Positions 27,022 through 41,044 of a stretch of 60,000 bases of DNA are shown here, in pieces. The first letter of the stretch is position 1, and each line of letters opens with the position of its first letter. Source of the stretch: Lytechinus pictus (Eukaryota); contig NC_087251.1 of assembly GCF_037042905.1 (NCBI RefSeq), positions 44,642,001 to 44,702,000 on the forward strand, read 5' to 3'. The notes below the pieces were generated by a model that worked only from the letters and a program-made list of their open reading frames with translations, made no database searches and was not told the DNA's origin. The position numbers and the translations under genes were made by a program.

Positions 27022-27422
27022 TAAATCGTTACATGAAGAGAGGATTCAGTATACTGTTATAAAATTATTTTGAGAGATTTGTTTTTATTGACATTCAAGA
27101 TACAGGCACAATATATTGTATAGTTGGTGAGTTGACTGGCAGAAAGCAAAATAATACAACCCAGGAACAATAACATGTAAAATATCACTGTAAACATGTA
27201 GGCCTACACTTTGTGGATCACGGTAAAGTTAATCAATCTATCAAATTTTGAATGTGTACATGTACCTTATCAAAGACGCACTTAATGGAATATCTTTATT
27301 TGAAAAAAAGAAAAATCTTGTATAAAACTCAAAGATTTTATTCGTTCCAATGAAAAATATCACCTTCCTTTTGACGTTTTTTAAAATAAGTTTTATGAAG
27401 CCAGTGTCAGTCTAAAATTTAA

Positions 27423-28000
27423 AGGTCAAGTTCACCCCAGAAAAAAAGTTGATTTAAATAAATAGAGAAAAATCAAACATGAATAACGCCGAAAACTTCA
27501 TCAAAATCGGATGTAAAATAAGAAAGTTATGACATTTTAAAGTTTCGCTTATTTTTCACAAAACAGTTCTATGCTCAACTCAGTGATATGCAAATGAGAG
27601 ACTTGATGATGTCACTCACTCCCTGTTTCTTTTGTTTTTTATTGTTTGAATTATACCATATTTCAATTTTCACGAATTAGACAATTAGGACCCCCTTGCT
27701 TGAACCACAAAATGTTAAAATAATGAAATTCCATGTAGGAATGAAAGTTTGTTTCACATGACAATGAGGAGAAAATCAAAATATTTCATATAATAAAATA
27801 CAAAAGAAATAGTGAGTGGGTGATGTCATCAGTCCCCTCATTTGCATACCGAACAGGATGTGCATATAACTGTTTTGAGAAATTAGGCGAAACTTTAAAA
27901 TGTTATAACTTTCTTATTTTATATCCGATTTTGATGAAATTTTCAGTGTTATTTTTTGTTGATTTTTCTCTTTCTATTCAAATCAGGTTTTTGTTGTCCT
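27423..28000. mobile_element. Kolobok-like non-autonomous element
   Basis: TTAA|AGG…CCT|TTAA ends and long imperfect inverted arms; related fragment at about 10100-10310. Confidence 0.7.
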
Positions 28001-29772
28001 TTAACAAATAGTCTTGTGTACGAATTTGCTCTTTTACCCTTTCCCCTGCGATTTTTCATCTCTTGAGCAAGGACTTCATTTAATTATGACATGACATGGA
28101 CCGCGGAAACGGGGGCGTAGGAGAGAGTGGGGCTTCAGCCCCATACTTTTTCCTTAAAATTTTTAGTGTAGAAAAACGTAAAAATTGCCCTAAATAGAAT
28201 ATCGTGATAATGTATATTCAGCCCCCTCCCCCACTATTCTTTCGCTGTCCTTGCGTGATCATGATGATGGAGGAAAATAATTAAGACAGTGTGATCACAT
28301 AGTCAGCCCTCCTTCTAAAAAGAGAACGTTAACATTTTAATATTGGCACGTAGGGGTAGCCTTAATGAGGAAATGAGCTCGCATTGTTTCCTCGCGCGGA
28401 AACGCAGGAATTTATTTAGATTGAGGAAATAATAATGGCGTATACAAATGATGCAGACAAATAATGCAGCTACACACGGAGAAGCCATGGAAGAGCTTGG
28501 AATTCAATATATGATGCGGTTTGGGTAGCAACCTGCGGAGTGTTAGTCATCACCTGGACCCGATGCTTCAATTCAATTAGAAAGATGATACGACGACAGT
28601 CTTCTCGCTTGACATCCTTCAAGAGTCCTTTTACTTGAAGAGTTGCGCCACAGATCTGATATATTTCCTGGATACAAACTGGTGTCGTGATATTTTTCCA
28701 TTGAAAAGGAGCAAGAAACAATCGAAGTCGTTGAGATTCATATATTTTTAATGTAAAAAAGCACCGCGTAATAATGCGTGAGAATTAAAGAACGAGTTAC
28801 TGGTCGTTTTTTTTTTCAGAAACACTACGAGGCAATACATCCACCAAATACCACCTAAGGAAAAAAATCTTGTCAGACTGAATTGCTGTGTATAAGCTCA
28901 TGTAGCTGATACTCCTGATGAATTTGAAAATCGATCTTGGAATACAAAACTCTTTTGTGGGGGGGGGGTGTAAAACAAATGTCTCTAATGCCAAAGTAGG
29001 AAGTCCTTTATCCGTTCCAGGTCTGAAATGTCACAAATATGGGCAAAAAAATTACTCCAGCCAATCACATAACACGGTTATTGTTGAATGACTTTCAGCA
29101 TGTTTAATTCAATTCTACATTTCTAAAACTTATAATACAATGAAGATAGCAACGCAGTAAGCAAAGTTTGTGACGAGTGCACCGTAACATAAGACAATAA
29201 AGACATAATACTTGTACTTAAAAAGTACAGTAGATAAAAAGGGGGAAAAATGAAAACAAAACAAAAAGAAAAAAAACCCAGAGCAACTTCATCCGCATGA
29301 TATCAAATGGAAAAATTAATTAATCGTAAAACCAACAACTTGCTTTATCTTTCTAAAATCCATTTTTAATCGTGTTAATATCAACGTAGCCCAGCTCTTT
29401 AATCTCTTATCACGTTGCATCAATTCATTCAAACTTCAAACTTTGAGGAACAGATCCTCCGATATTCAGTTGTGACAAGCAAGCAAAAAAAAAGTTTTCA
29501 ACAAAAGTTGTAGGTCATTTCGTCCACTTAGAATTTGACAAGGAAAAAAAAAGGTCCTCACTTGTGTATCAACGACATATTCCCATCCACAATATATGAT
29601 GTGGCTTTCAAGGGGGGGCACACTGCTGTAAGAACGGCATCAAGAGGGGGGGGGGCCTGGATCCGCCAGTGGTCCCCCCTTGCATCCTCATTTCTGCCCG
29701 TAACAACTTGGTCTTTACAACTCGGAACTAACCAGTAGCACTGGAGCGTTCGTATTAGATATATAGCTTCAA

Positions 29773-30262
29773 AGGGGAAGTTGACCCTGAATAAGAGTTT
29801 GTTGTAAAAATAGCAGAAAAAATAATAAAAAGTTTTATAAAGAAGGTTTGAGGAAAATCCATTAAAGATTAAGAAAGTTATAAGAATTTTTATTTTTGGA
29901 TTTGTGACGTGATAAACGAGCAGCTGCATATGTTATGTGATATGAAATGCATAAATTTCATTTTTTAATGGTTCATGATGACTTATTTTTGTTTTATTTT
30001 TAGGAACGGGTGTGTAATGATTTCTTTTGTATAATACTGAAGGTACAGTAAAAACCTTTTTCAATATTCTGAGAAAATGACCATTCAACGATTATTTTAC
30101 CATACGATATGTAGGAAAGCTGCTCGTATGTCACTGCAAATAATTAAAATTCTAATTACTTTTTAATTCTTTGATGGATTTTCCCCAAACCTTCGCCAAT
30201 ATATTCTATTATTTTTTTCTGCTATTTTTACAATAAACATTTTGTCAGGGTGACCTTCCCCA
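29773..30262. mobile_element. Kolobok-like non-autonomous element
   Basis: TIR aggggaagttgaccctga / tcagggtgaccttcccca with degenerate TTAA flanks. Confidence 0.65.
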
Positions 30263-31753
30263 TTTAGGGGTCGAACCATTGTTAACACACATTTAGCTTG
30301 TTCCGACGCCACTTTTCCGTAGGCCTATTCGTTACGTCTTGAACTACCGCTTTGTTTATTTGCGATAAATCATTCGTTAGGATTTGCAATATTTATTATA
30401 ATTGTTTTGTCGTGAAGCTAAATGGTTTTTGTAATCTAGTGGTGCAAAATTCTTTTCCTTTCTTTTCAATTACAATAATTATGTTTCCCCCGCTTTCAAT
30501 CGCTTAGAAGTAAGTTACTCTTATCAATATCATCATACATAAAGTAACTTGGCATAAAATGTACATGGCTGAATGTATCTACAAATGGTTTTACTCTGTC
30601 TGTTTGATATCGGTGTTCCTTTTTGCTTTAGTATATGCCTACACACGGCAGGAAACATGATTAGATGATGGTAAAGATTTACAAATGAAGTCCTTAGTAT
30701 ATATTTGGCGTATTTATTTAAAAATAATCTAAACAATCATGACATTGGTTTCTCGTGTCATGTAGGTTTGAGTTTATAAAAGGTTATGTTACTCACAATC
30801 GCAGTTATATTTTTCCACTTTTCTTCTAGCAACCATACATAGCGGAGCACGCTCGTTCTCATGAGGCATGCAAGAAAAACGATAAAAAGAAAGTTTATGC
30901 CAAATAGAATTTACAATAAAACCATTGGCAAAACTATTTTAAGAATTCATGAAAATAATTATAATACATATGTAAGAGTATATATGTACATTACCCTCAC
31001 ACAACACATGCGCACACACTCACACACACCCCTCCACACACCCATTCTAAACACTCACACGCATATGCACCCACCCTAGTTATACACACACACCCACACA
31101 CACCATATAAAGTCCCTCATCTATCTCCCAATACTGTTTTCATCGTCACTGTGTGCACGGGTCGCTATTTGCGGAATGGTTACATAATATGATAATTGAA
31201 AGTATATTGCCTAACTTTAATCCTCCATCAAATATTTCTCGAAAGCAGATGATATAATGGGACCGAGCCTTTGCTGAATTTGAGATGAATTTGTATAGGT
31301 GTGGATGAATTAATCGGAATCAGTATGCATATAGCATCGTGGTTGAATAACGAGTAGAGAGGCCCTGGGACAGCTCTCCAGTTCCATGATATGTCTAGAA
31401 TTTCACAAACAAGTTCGCCCCGAGATGAAGAGAGAAACAGGAATATTGTGTTTCGGGCTAGAATCAGAATAATCAGAAGGGTTTCGTATGTAAATAGAAG
31501 TGAATTTTGGATTTCAATGTTTGGTGGGTTTGTGAGTGTGCATGATAGAGAAATCGGGCGATTGATTTCCACGTGCAATTTGTTGAAAAATGATGATGTA
31601 GTGATCAAAACAAGTAGGGGAAGAAAGAGTGTAGAGATGGATGAAGGAAAATGTGAACTGATAATCATGCGGAAGATGTGGAGGATAAGTTGTGATTTGT
31701 TACTAGTTAGTTGAACTCCCTAGTTCAAAAGGAGTAACATGCCACTGTATATA

Positions 31754-32038
31754 CACTGTTAAAAAAACCTGATTTTGCAGAAAAAAAGAAAGAAGATTTT
31801 GCAAAAAGCAACAACAGAATCATTCTGTAAATTCATAAAACAGGAATTTTTCGCCAATTTAACAGGACAGGTCTGTTTAAAAAGGGGGAAAAGGGTGTTT
31901 TATTATAGGAAATTTGTAAGGTTCCATACACCAAATACCAATTTCCTGTAAGATTACGCAATCTGGTACGATTACAGGTGTTCTCGAGACTCTGCTGCAG
32001 GAACTTCTTTTATTTTAAGGATAAATTTTCTAACAGTG
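31754..32038. mobile_element. EnSpm/CACTA-like non-autonomous element (CACTG termini)
   Basis: cactgtta…taacagtg with 2-bp TSD TA; inverted copy at 52730-53029 has TSD CA. Confidence 0.8.
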
Positions 32039-34384
32039 TATGTGCCTCAAAGCATCGTCATAATTATATGTTCTATATTAAAGGGCACCGTTTTCATAGT
32101 TTTTAATGAAGATTGTCAGCACTGACAAGTCGTCATTCTATGACAGTTAACAGTGAGAATCCAATGCCTTCCCGGCCCGGGGGCCTTGAAACGATTTCCA
32201 AGAGGGTGGTGTTCTGGTTAAGAAAAAATTTGACTAGCAAAATTAATTTAAAAAAAAAAGGAAAACGGGACTTCACTCCCGAAGGAAGGTGATTTTCTTC
32301 AAGAAAAATTTGACAAGCATAACAATATCTTACGAATGAATGTTATTTTTTATTTAATTTTTTTTAATTTTAAGCAAAAAATAGGGGATGATATCAATTC
32401 CAAAAGTAGGATATGTGATTTTCATTAATAAAATTTGACAAGCTAAAAGAAAAATTACGAATGAATGTTTTTTTTTTTCATATCAATTACAATAAAAAAA
32501 AATGTCTTCACTTATTTTCGTCGATAGAATTTGACAAGCAAGCAAACACACACACACACAAACACCCATGGGTATTAAAAAAAAATTACAAGAAAAAAAA
32601 CACCAAAACAAAACAAAATCCGAATAGGTCTTCAATGCCGAACGAACGACAACTTTATCAAACTTATCACCCAAAGTGACATGTGACTCTGGTCTATGTG
32701 TTAATTTGGTAAACGAAGCCTAATGATATTCATTATAGCATACCAACCAAATTACCAGGGGGTACTCTATAATTTTTTTTTGCACCTTCTCTTCCCATGG
32801 CCATGTGCGTCTCAGGAAGTGAAAAAAAAATAGAATTTCACTGAAATTGTCAAAGCTACGGTGGCTGATTTGCGCCATTAAAAAAAGTATTTTCTAAATT
32901 ACGACGTTATATAGCCGTAATAGGGCGTTATAACGTTGTAATTTAAAAAAGAAATGAAAAATGGCGGAAATCAGCAACCGTACAGATTGGACATTTATAA
33001 TAGTCCAGCGTTGTTGACAACTTTCATGAAACACCCCTGGGTACGTATAAAAGCGATGTCAGCCTGTCTTTTCTGTGTCATCTCCATCCTAGGTTTACTT
33101 GCATACTAGTAGGCCTATATATCTAACATATTTTCAGTAAACTTGCCCTGGTTTTAATTTTTGAGACACACCTACTCGACTTCAAATCCTTGTAGATACC
33201 CTAAAAATAAAAAAATAAAAATAATAAAAAGATAAATAGAAATGAAAAAGAAGAGAAAAAGAAAAAAAAACGAATAAGAAATAAATAAATATTTGAATGT
33301 TACTTTATATTAATATATCTTCTTTTTTTTTTCAAAGAAAACAAACGTGAATAATACAATATTTATGATGGCGAAAATAGTCAAATTGACTGGTTGCCAA
33401 ATAAAAAGAAGAACACCCCTGTAACGTTAGCATTCAATTATCTATATTTATATTGTTTCTCCTCCAATATGCATGGCTGCTTGTTGAAACCCTCTCTTCG
33501 TTTGTTCCTTTCGTTGATGTTTTTTTCGCATACTACTCATTTCACTCATATTTTTCTACTTTCAATCTCAATTAGTTTCCTTATCATGACTGGTGCTTAC
33601 TACTTCTTTTATCCATTTTCTCTCCCCTTCTCTCCTTCTATTTATTGCGTTCTATATTGTTTGTCGGTGTCGTGTGCGCATGCGTATGCGTTTACATGAT
33701 TTGATGTCTTTCTTAATGTGTTTAGTTTTATAATTTTTAATGCTAATTCAGATTACAGGTATCCTCCCACTTTTATATTTATATGAATATATATTACGCA
33801 AGATTAATGCTAGTTAAAAAAAATGGAAAATAAAACTGAAATAATAAGTTAAACACAAATTATAACTGTTGAATACACGGGAGTAGAAGACTTATTAGAG
33901 ATAAAAGAGGGAAAGAGGGGTAAACACATCTGCGATGGGCGTGGCTGGATCCACTGTAATATATTATCGTTTATCGTTTTTTTTTTATAAATATTATTGA
34001 TTCATTGTTGATATATGTGTTATACAGTAATAATCGATAATAACAAACAATACAGGCCCCATTAACAAATACATGTATGTAATAATTGTATGTCCCAATT
34101 ATTACATACGTGTATTTGTAAATGGGGCTTTTATTCATCCCTTGATAATCGGTGTGAAACATTTTCTTGTCACTTTTTCCTAAACAGTTATGTTTATTCT
34201 TGAGATTCTAATTTGTATAATTTGGATCAGAAATTTATCTGACCGCCCAGCAAGTCAGTTTGGTTCGACCAAAATTACAGTATGAAATTGATCATGGAAT
34301 ATTCACAGTAGTAACATGTAGCTGTGTTCCCTTGTAATGTTTTAAACACGATATTTGTATTTTTTGTATTTTTTTTTGTATTAG

Positions 34385-35590
34385 TATTGATTGATTGCAT
34401 TTATTCTTTTTCATTCCAAAATTTAACAAAAGTTACAATGTATAGCAAAACACAAAAATATAATATACAGAAATGAAAAAAGGGAACCCACTGGAAAGCA
34501 AAGCTTGTTAGTATGGGTTCCCTGCAATAAATAGTTAATTAAAGTATATCTTTGATCAATGAAATTCAAATCGTAAATTAAAAAGGTTTGTACAATGAAA
34601 AAGAATACTAGTGGGGTCAAGCTTTTTATGCCTACTATGTTACAATTAACAAAAAATATTATATCATATATACCCCTGCTGTATAAAAAAAAAACATGAA
34701 TTCAGGAGTGTGTGAAGAGACAATCACTTGGACAAGACAGGACAAATACTAAAAGCAAAACAAAGACAAAAACAAAAAAGGCATACAAACAAAAACAAAA
34801 CAGGACAGAACAGGACAAGACAGAAAAAAAAGGAAAAGAAACAAAACAAAACACACTACAAAACATAGACAAACAGGAAAATAAGAAAAGCAATAGAACT
34901 AGACATTAAGGTGATAGGAGGAAGAGAGAGAGAAAAAAAAATGTGAGAGGGAGGGGGAAAGAGAAGAAGGAAGAAAATAAGAAGGGTAGAAGAACAAGAG
35001 GTGGTAGCTGCTTATACAGAAATGTTTAAGTTCTGGGGTTTATACCCAAGGATATGCACAATGTCTATGTCGACTAGAAAGAAAATCAGTATTTTCTTCA
35101 TCTCCCATACTCTGTCTGGAAAATCATCTGGAAAAAAATACACATGCAGAGTGTTTTGTCGAATTGTCAAAGCATGCATTGTATTTCTTCAACGGAAGGT
35201 CTTTATTTTCTTTCCGTATTTCTCTTCTCCATCGTTCATGAGAAAATATACGACCTTCATTATTATCACTTTCCAGTTATCATTTTATGTTACACTTGGG
35301 ATTTGAAAACATGGGTTGGGAGTATTTCATGAACGTGTTTGTGTTTACCGGTGATATAGAGTATGAAGGAAAGGCGTTAGATATTGCTTAAGAATGATAA
35401 CAATCTTGAAAAAAATAAAGACAGAAGGCCATTGCATTAGCCTTGCGATAGCAAGTTCCGATATTTCAGGGATATGTTTTTGTCTTTAACTGGCAAAGTT
35501 GTTTACTATTTTAGTAGATGAATCTTAATAATCTGTCCAGGCAATTTTTGTTTTTTATGCTCTTCATCATTAGTTACCGGACTCCCACAC
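34385..35590 (-). mobile_element. Probable degraded LINE 3' fragment with (TCAA)n tail
   Basis: The tail plus polyA-signal block ttgattgattgcatttattc…ccaaaatttaacaaa is shared with 24570-24626. The body is too degraded to translate and the 5' boundary is approximate. Confidence 0.4.
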
Positions 35591-36392
35591 TTTCATGAAC
35601 TACTTTTATGAGCTTTCACACTTTTATATAGTCCTAGTTTATTCATTCATTTCATTTATTGGTTTTATTCAACCAAGATGGCAATATGATGTTTTTACGA
35701 AACAGCCCTGAAACGTATCACAATGGGAAACAGATCTATATTAATATTTCAAGACAAACTATTCGCTTACGAAGCATCAAAAATATGTTTTTGATTAGAA
35801 TTTCCAGTTTCAAACGAAAGCTGATTCCATGTAGAGAAGAGACCCCTCATGGGAAAATAACAGATTCCCTCGTTCGTGTCGATTCTAGTGAGTAAAATTA
35901 AAACCAACCTGACACGTCCCCAATGAGATGTAAAGTTCGATTCGCGCCAAAGTAAGGCATGGCTGCGATGAATGAAGCAAAATGCCAATGATGTAATAAT
36001 CCTACATTAGTTAGTAAACATATTTACAAATCCCTTTTCATTTAACTTTCATTCAGAATTGATACTAAAAAGTGTTTCAAGATAGTTATAATGTCAATTA
36101 TTTAAAAGATGTTTTGCAATGGAATTTCTTGCAATCTTTTTGCGATTATGACGTGCATCTTTGACATCTGGAATCATTTAGTATCCCTGTACTTATTTGC
36201 TCCTGCTAGATTTTGTTTCAACATCGACAGTTCTATAACAAGTCATCGTGCTTAGTCAGTTCTGTAGGCATATCTTTACACCACACAACTGTAATTTCCC
36301 GAGAAGAATTTAATTATTCACCAAATCGAAAGCTTCCGGAAATTCTGAGTATATCAATTAAAAAGCCTTCTCTACATTCTTCTGCGTGTATA

Positions 36393-37696
36393 CAGTGCGT
36401 ATAAAAAAACGGGACAGATTTGAAAAGTCTATACAATTTTTGTTTCAAATTATGATGTCTATATTTTGGTGTTAATAGGTGCTCCGAAGTCATATCTTTC
36501 GAATGCCATTAAAAATATTTAGTTTCGTTCATGCTTGAGCGAACACGGAATGTTTTTGTTTGGGGTTAAAAAGGAGGCTTGCGCCAAAATAGCATAAAAT
36601 TATAAATATGATGATCGGACTTCTTGCTAATCAGCAGACCTCCTCTTAACCTATTCATTATCTTTGCCATAATTTTCAAATTATGCAGTCGAAATTCATT
36701 TTAAATCTGTTTATTTGCTTGTATTGTTCTGTTGTTGTTTCTTTTTGATATGTTCTCTTTTAGCTTTGAATATTCCTTCTTTAAGCTAAAACAAAAAAAA
36801 TTCAATCGAAGTATGGGATAGCATGTATTTTTGTTTCAAATCCTTTCATTGTGTGCTGCAAAGGCTATGGTGCCTATGGGCGGGGGCTCGGGTGCTCCCC
36901 CCAATAAAAAAAGGAAAAAAAGTGGAAAGGAAATAAAAGGAAAGATAGAAAGTGAAGTATGATTTATTTTCTGAATATTATGTCAAAATCTATCACAAAA
37001 TTTGATATTTTAATCAAAAAGTGGAAATTGTTTGCTCGCTCGCTCACAACTTTTTGATACATTTTATCCGATCTGCCATATCTAGCTCCTTCAAAATGGA
37101 CTCAATACACATTTGCCATTGAAAGACATGAATCCTTTCCTGTTTGTCCTGTCAAGCACATAATTGGTCAAGGGATCAATAGCCCCTTGAAAATAGGATT
37201 CATGTTTTTTAAAGATACCATAATTCGTTTCACATAAAAGGATTTGAATAATTACAAGTTCTTCCAATTAATAATGCAAATCTTCTTGCTTGGGTTGACA
37301 AAAAGTCTTCTTTACTTATGAAAGAAAATTCAAAGGTAAAAGAAGTTTGAATATTAAAAAAAAAAATAATAATTCAAGTAAATAAATGAATTTGTAAATG
37401 AAATTTGACAGCACAATTTGAAAATCATGGCAAAGATAATGAAAAGGTCAAAAGGAATTCTGCTGATCAGCAAGAAGTCTGACCATCAAATGTCTCATTT
37501 CTGCCATTTTGACGCAAGCCTCTTTTTGAGCCCCCGACAAGAACGTCCCGTGTTCGCTCAAGCATGAACAAAATTTATTTTCTTATATGGCATTTCAAAG
37601 ATAAGATTTCAGAGCTCCTATTAACATCAAAATAAAGATATCATAATTTGAAACAAAGTTTTTATAGACTTTTCAAAACTTTTTTTATACGCACTG
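36393..37696. mobile_element. Tc1/mariner-like non-autonomous element with about 300-bp TIRs
   Basis: TA|cagtgcgtataaaaaa … ttttttatacgcactg|TA, with long matching arms. Confidence 0.85.
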
Positions 37697-38319
37697 TAGT
37701 CTGAACAGTAAGTCAAATAAAGTACTGTATCTTCTGCGAAATCCAGACCGCTTTCATTTAAAATGCTCCACAATAATTGTCACGAATCGTGTTCAGCACG
37801 TTATAGTTTGTCTTTTTTAGAAGTATTAGTGAAATCGTTCCAAAATTACCTTTTCATTTCCAAGTGTGATCGGTGTCAAGGCCATTAGGTAATGATACCC
37901 TTGTAACTTCTCTCACAATCAAACCCAAGTGGTTCTACATCATGTTCCTTTTCTCTCAACCTTCAACTCTTCTCGACCTGCTAACAACATCTTTTGCAAT
38001 AATCATCATCCCACACAGCATTCTCTTCCGGCGCGCTCTCTCTCTCTCTCTCTCTCTTTCGTGTTTGCTTTTTTGAGGCCGCCCCTTTTGCTATTTTGAT
38101 CACACATCTGAAAGCATTCTTTGAAAACACACAATCGAGTTTAATGAATCGGCATCTACAGATGCAGCATTTTTCATCTAATGGCGCTCTTGAGCACAGC
38201 GATTATCATACGAATATTCCTAGTATATGTGCTTAATCGTTGTAAAAGGTATCAATTATTTAATGGTGATGGATTTCGCATAAGGGCACATTATGTCTCC
38301 CCACGTCACATTTCGATTA

Positions 38320-38403
38320 ATCAGGGCATGGACCTACTACTCTGACAGATAGGTCCATGATCAGGGCAAGGATATATCACCTCTGATATCTCCTTGATCA
38401 GGG
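38320..38403. repeat. Micro-array: three atcaggg direct repeats separated by two different 33- and 30-bp hairpins
   Basis: atcaggg|catggaccta-N13-taggtccatg|atcaggg|caaggatatatca-cctc-tgatatctccttg|atcaggg. Confidence 0.85.
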
Positions 38404-38594
38404 TAATAGCGATACAGGTTTAGTGAGTTATATATTTTCAAACACCATTGCTAGAAATCAACTGGCATTTTCTGAATTACCTCACGTTATAGGTTTGTGA
38501 TAGCTGAATTGGTGTAAAACCACGAATTTACCCGTCGTAGTTGTGGATTAAAACAGGATAGGAACCGCCATAGTTGGGGATTGAAAAAGGAAAA

Positions 38595-38626
38595 GTGCGT
38601 GGGTAGTTTATAAACTACCCACGCAC
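38595..38626. repeat. Perfect 32-bp palindrome
   Basis: gtgcgtgggtagttta|taaactacccacgcac. Confidence 0.95.
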
Positions 38627-38771
38627 CTCACGATCTGGAACATGCTTGTATCACATAATTTCTATATTTAGTGATTTATGCTCATGAAAGATGTTATCCT
38701 GCATTACATAATAGCACTATGTAGAGCGTGAACTACTATATAAATTTAGGTAAAATTTGTATTGTAACTTT

Positions 38772-40120
38772 TTTCATTTCATTTCATTTCGTTTATTTCC
38801 ATTTTCAACAATTACAGTTTATTTTGTACATTTTAACATATAAATAACAAAAAATATTTCAAGTATTCCTGTACAAAAATTATATTCAAGATTATTACAT
38901 ATCAGGTTGGAAATGGAGGAGGCTGCTAAAAAGCGGAGCTTGTAGAGTGCAGCCTCCTAATAAATATTCTTGTAGTTGCATAACATATAAAAATCAAAAT
39001 AACAACTAGAGCATGAACCAGTTAAATTAAAAGGAAAAAGGGGAAATTAAAATAGAAAAGGAAATAAGAAAAAGAGAGATTAAAGGTCTCCAGAATCCAG
39101 CCCCAGCACTCACAGACGGACCTCGTTGATCAACAGGAAAACGAAAGAGATGTAAAAGCGTACGTGACATGATAATCATGTTTGATTTAAAAAAAAAATA
39201 CAAGAGTTTGAGTGATGAAGAGTTAAATTCAATGGTTATCTTGGATAAATTTTTTGAACTTATATTTGAAAGAATTAAGGCTTGGTGATTCTTTGATGTT
39301 TTTATTAATAGTTCCGCAGAGTCTAGGGCCTTCAAAAGTAAAAATAGATTTTGCAAGGATGGTCCGGGGTAGTGGTAAATGGAATTCATCTGATTGACGT
39401 GTGGGATATTTGTGAAGAGTTTTGTTTTTGTTAAATGAAGAATTAAATATGAATGGTAACATATTATTGTTTAACTGATACATGAATTGACCTAAGTTAT
39501 ATTGGTACAGTGTTTTTATTTTTAGAATATTGTTGTTAAAAAACAACTCATCTGTGTGAGATCTCCAGGACAAGTTGAAAATAACACGCAATGCCTTCTT
39601 TTGTAAAAGTAATATTCTATCAAGGTAGGTTGAGTGTGTATTTCCCCAAACAATTGCTCCATAATTTAAATATGGTAAAATTAATGTTGAATAAAGCATT
39701 TTTAGGGAGGAAGTTGGAAGAAAGAATTGACTTTGTTAATAACACCAATATTGCGTGAAATTGTACGACATATAAAGTCAATGTGTGTTTTCCAAGATAA
39801 TTTGTTGTCTATTATGAGACCTAAAATGTTGTTGTAGTAACAACTTCAATGTCTTTATTGTCCAATTTGATATTAGATGGCAATTGTTCTAAAGAATTGC
39901 TAAAAAGCATGCATTTCGTTTTTTGTACATTAATTGACAATTTGTTAGCCCTAATCCATTGTACCAATTTATCCAGTTCAGTGTTCAGTACATTTATTAA
40001 AATATCGGGGTTAGGATGAGAGTATAGTACATTTGAATCATCTGCAAAAAGGACATAAGATAATATTTCAGAGGAGTTCTGGATGTCATTTATATAGATT
40101 ATGAATAAAAGAGGGCCCAG
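38772..40120 (-). mobile_element. 5'-truncated CR1/L2-group LINE (RT C-terminus pseudogene, 3' UTR and (GAAAT)n tail)
   Basis: LGPLLFIIYINDI…VLFADDSNV…NKLSINVQKTK, then frameshifted LYSTLILPYLNYGAIVWG…LQKKALRVI (39229-39699). Confidence 0.92.
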
Positions 40121-40941
40121 TCGAACAGAGGAAGCTTAAAGTAAATCCACGTAATTATTGGAGACTTAACGAAAGGCGCCACAAGTCGACATTTTTATCA
40201 TCAAACGTGCCAAGTCTCGAAAAAAAAATCTGTTTAATTATTTGTGTTTTGGATTTTTATAGACATATATTTTGTTTACCCATGTCATACCTATATATTT
40301 CCTTCAATATGCATAAAGTTAATCATCGTTATTCTGTTTGTTCTCCTTACTTTTCTTGTTAGTCTTATTCTCCTTCCTTTTTTCCTTCTCCTTTTCTTCT
40401 ACTCTTCCTCCTCAGTATTCTTATTCTTCTTTTTCTTCTTTCCCTTTTCTTCTTCTCTGTTTATCTTCTTCTACTCCTAAGTGTTCTTATTTTCATTTTC
40501 TTCTTCTTTGTAATTAATTCTTTTAATTCTGGCTCATATAGCTTCATAGTCCCATTAGTTGAAGTCGTATAATTATCGTATTGATATACAATGTCAGTAA
40601 AGATTATAATAAACGATATAAGCATATATACAGTCACTCGTAACTTTTAATTCAATTCAATTCAATTCTTTATTCAGTTTGCATTTAGATATAATGCAAA
40701 GTAATAAAAAGCAATATAAATCTTACAGAAATTAATGAAAAGCAGTGCAAAATAGAATATACATGTATAGTAAAGACAGTGTGAATGTGATAATAATTGG
40801 GCACTTTGTACTCTATAATAAGGATGAAAAAAAAACAGGAAGAAATTAAAAAGATAGATATAAGACTGAGCTTCAATCACACAAAGAATACAACTTCGGA
40901 TGAAAAAGCTCTATTTTGATATTGTAATATATCCCTGACAT

Positions 40942-41003
40942 GATGGCTCAGTTGTAGAGCGCCCGCCTCATGAACGGAAGGTCGTATGTTCCATCCCTGG
41001 CCG
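40942..41003 (+). mobile_element. tRNA-like SINE head fragment
   Basis: A-box tggctcagttgtagagc and a degenerate B-box. Confidence 0.5.
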
Positions 41004-41044
41004 ATATACTATACCAGAACGGGACCTTCTGTCTTCTTGCTAGA

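Noticed and set aside
28470..28994. Coding-looking stretch
   Set aside because: No recognisable motif or splice structure in the frames I translated; needs BLASTX.
31228..31714. 146-aa and 107-aa overlapping ORFs, with 'VPGP' resembling a 2A-like motif
   Set aside because: No DxExNPGP and no recognisable domain; possibly a decayed retroelement but unsupported.
38320..38403. True CRISPR array
   Set aside because: Repeats are only 7 bp, the spacers are hairpins, the context is eukaryotic and there are no cas genes.
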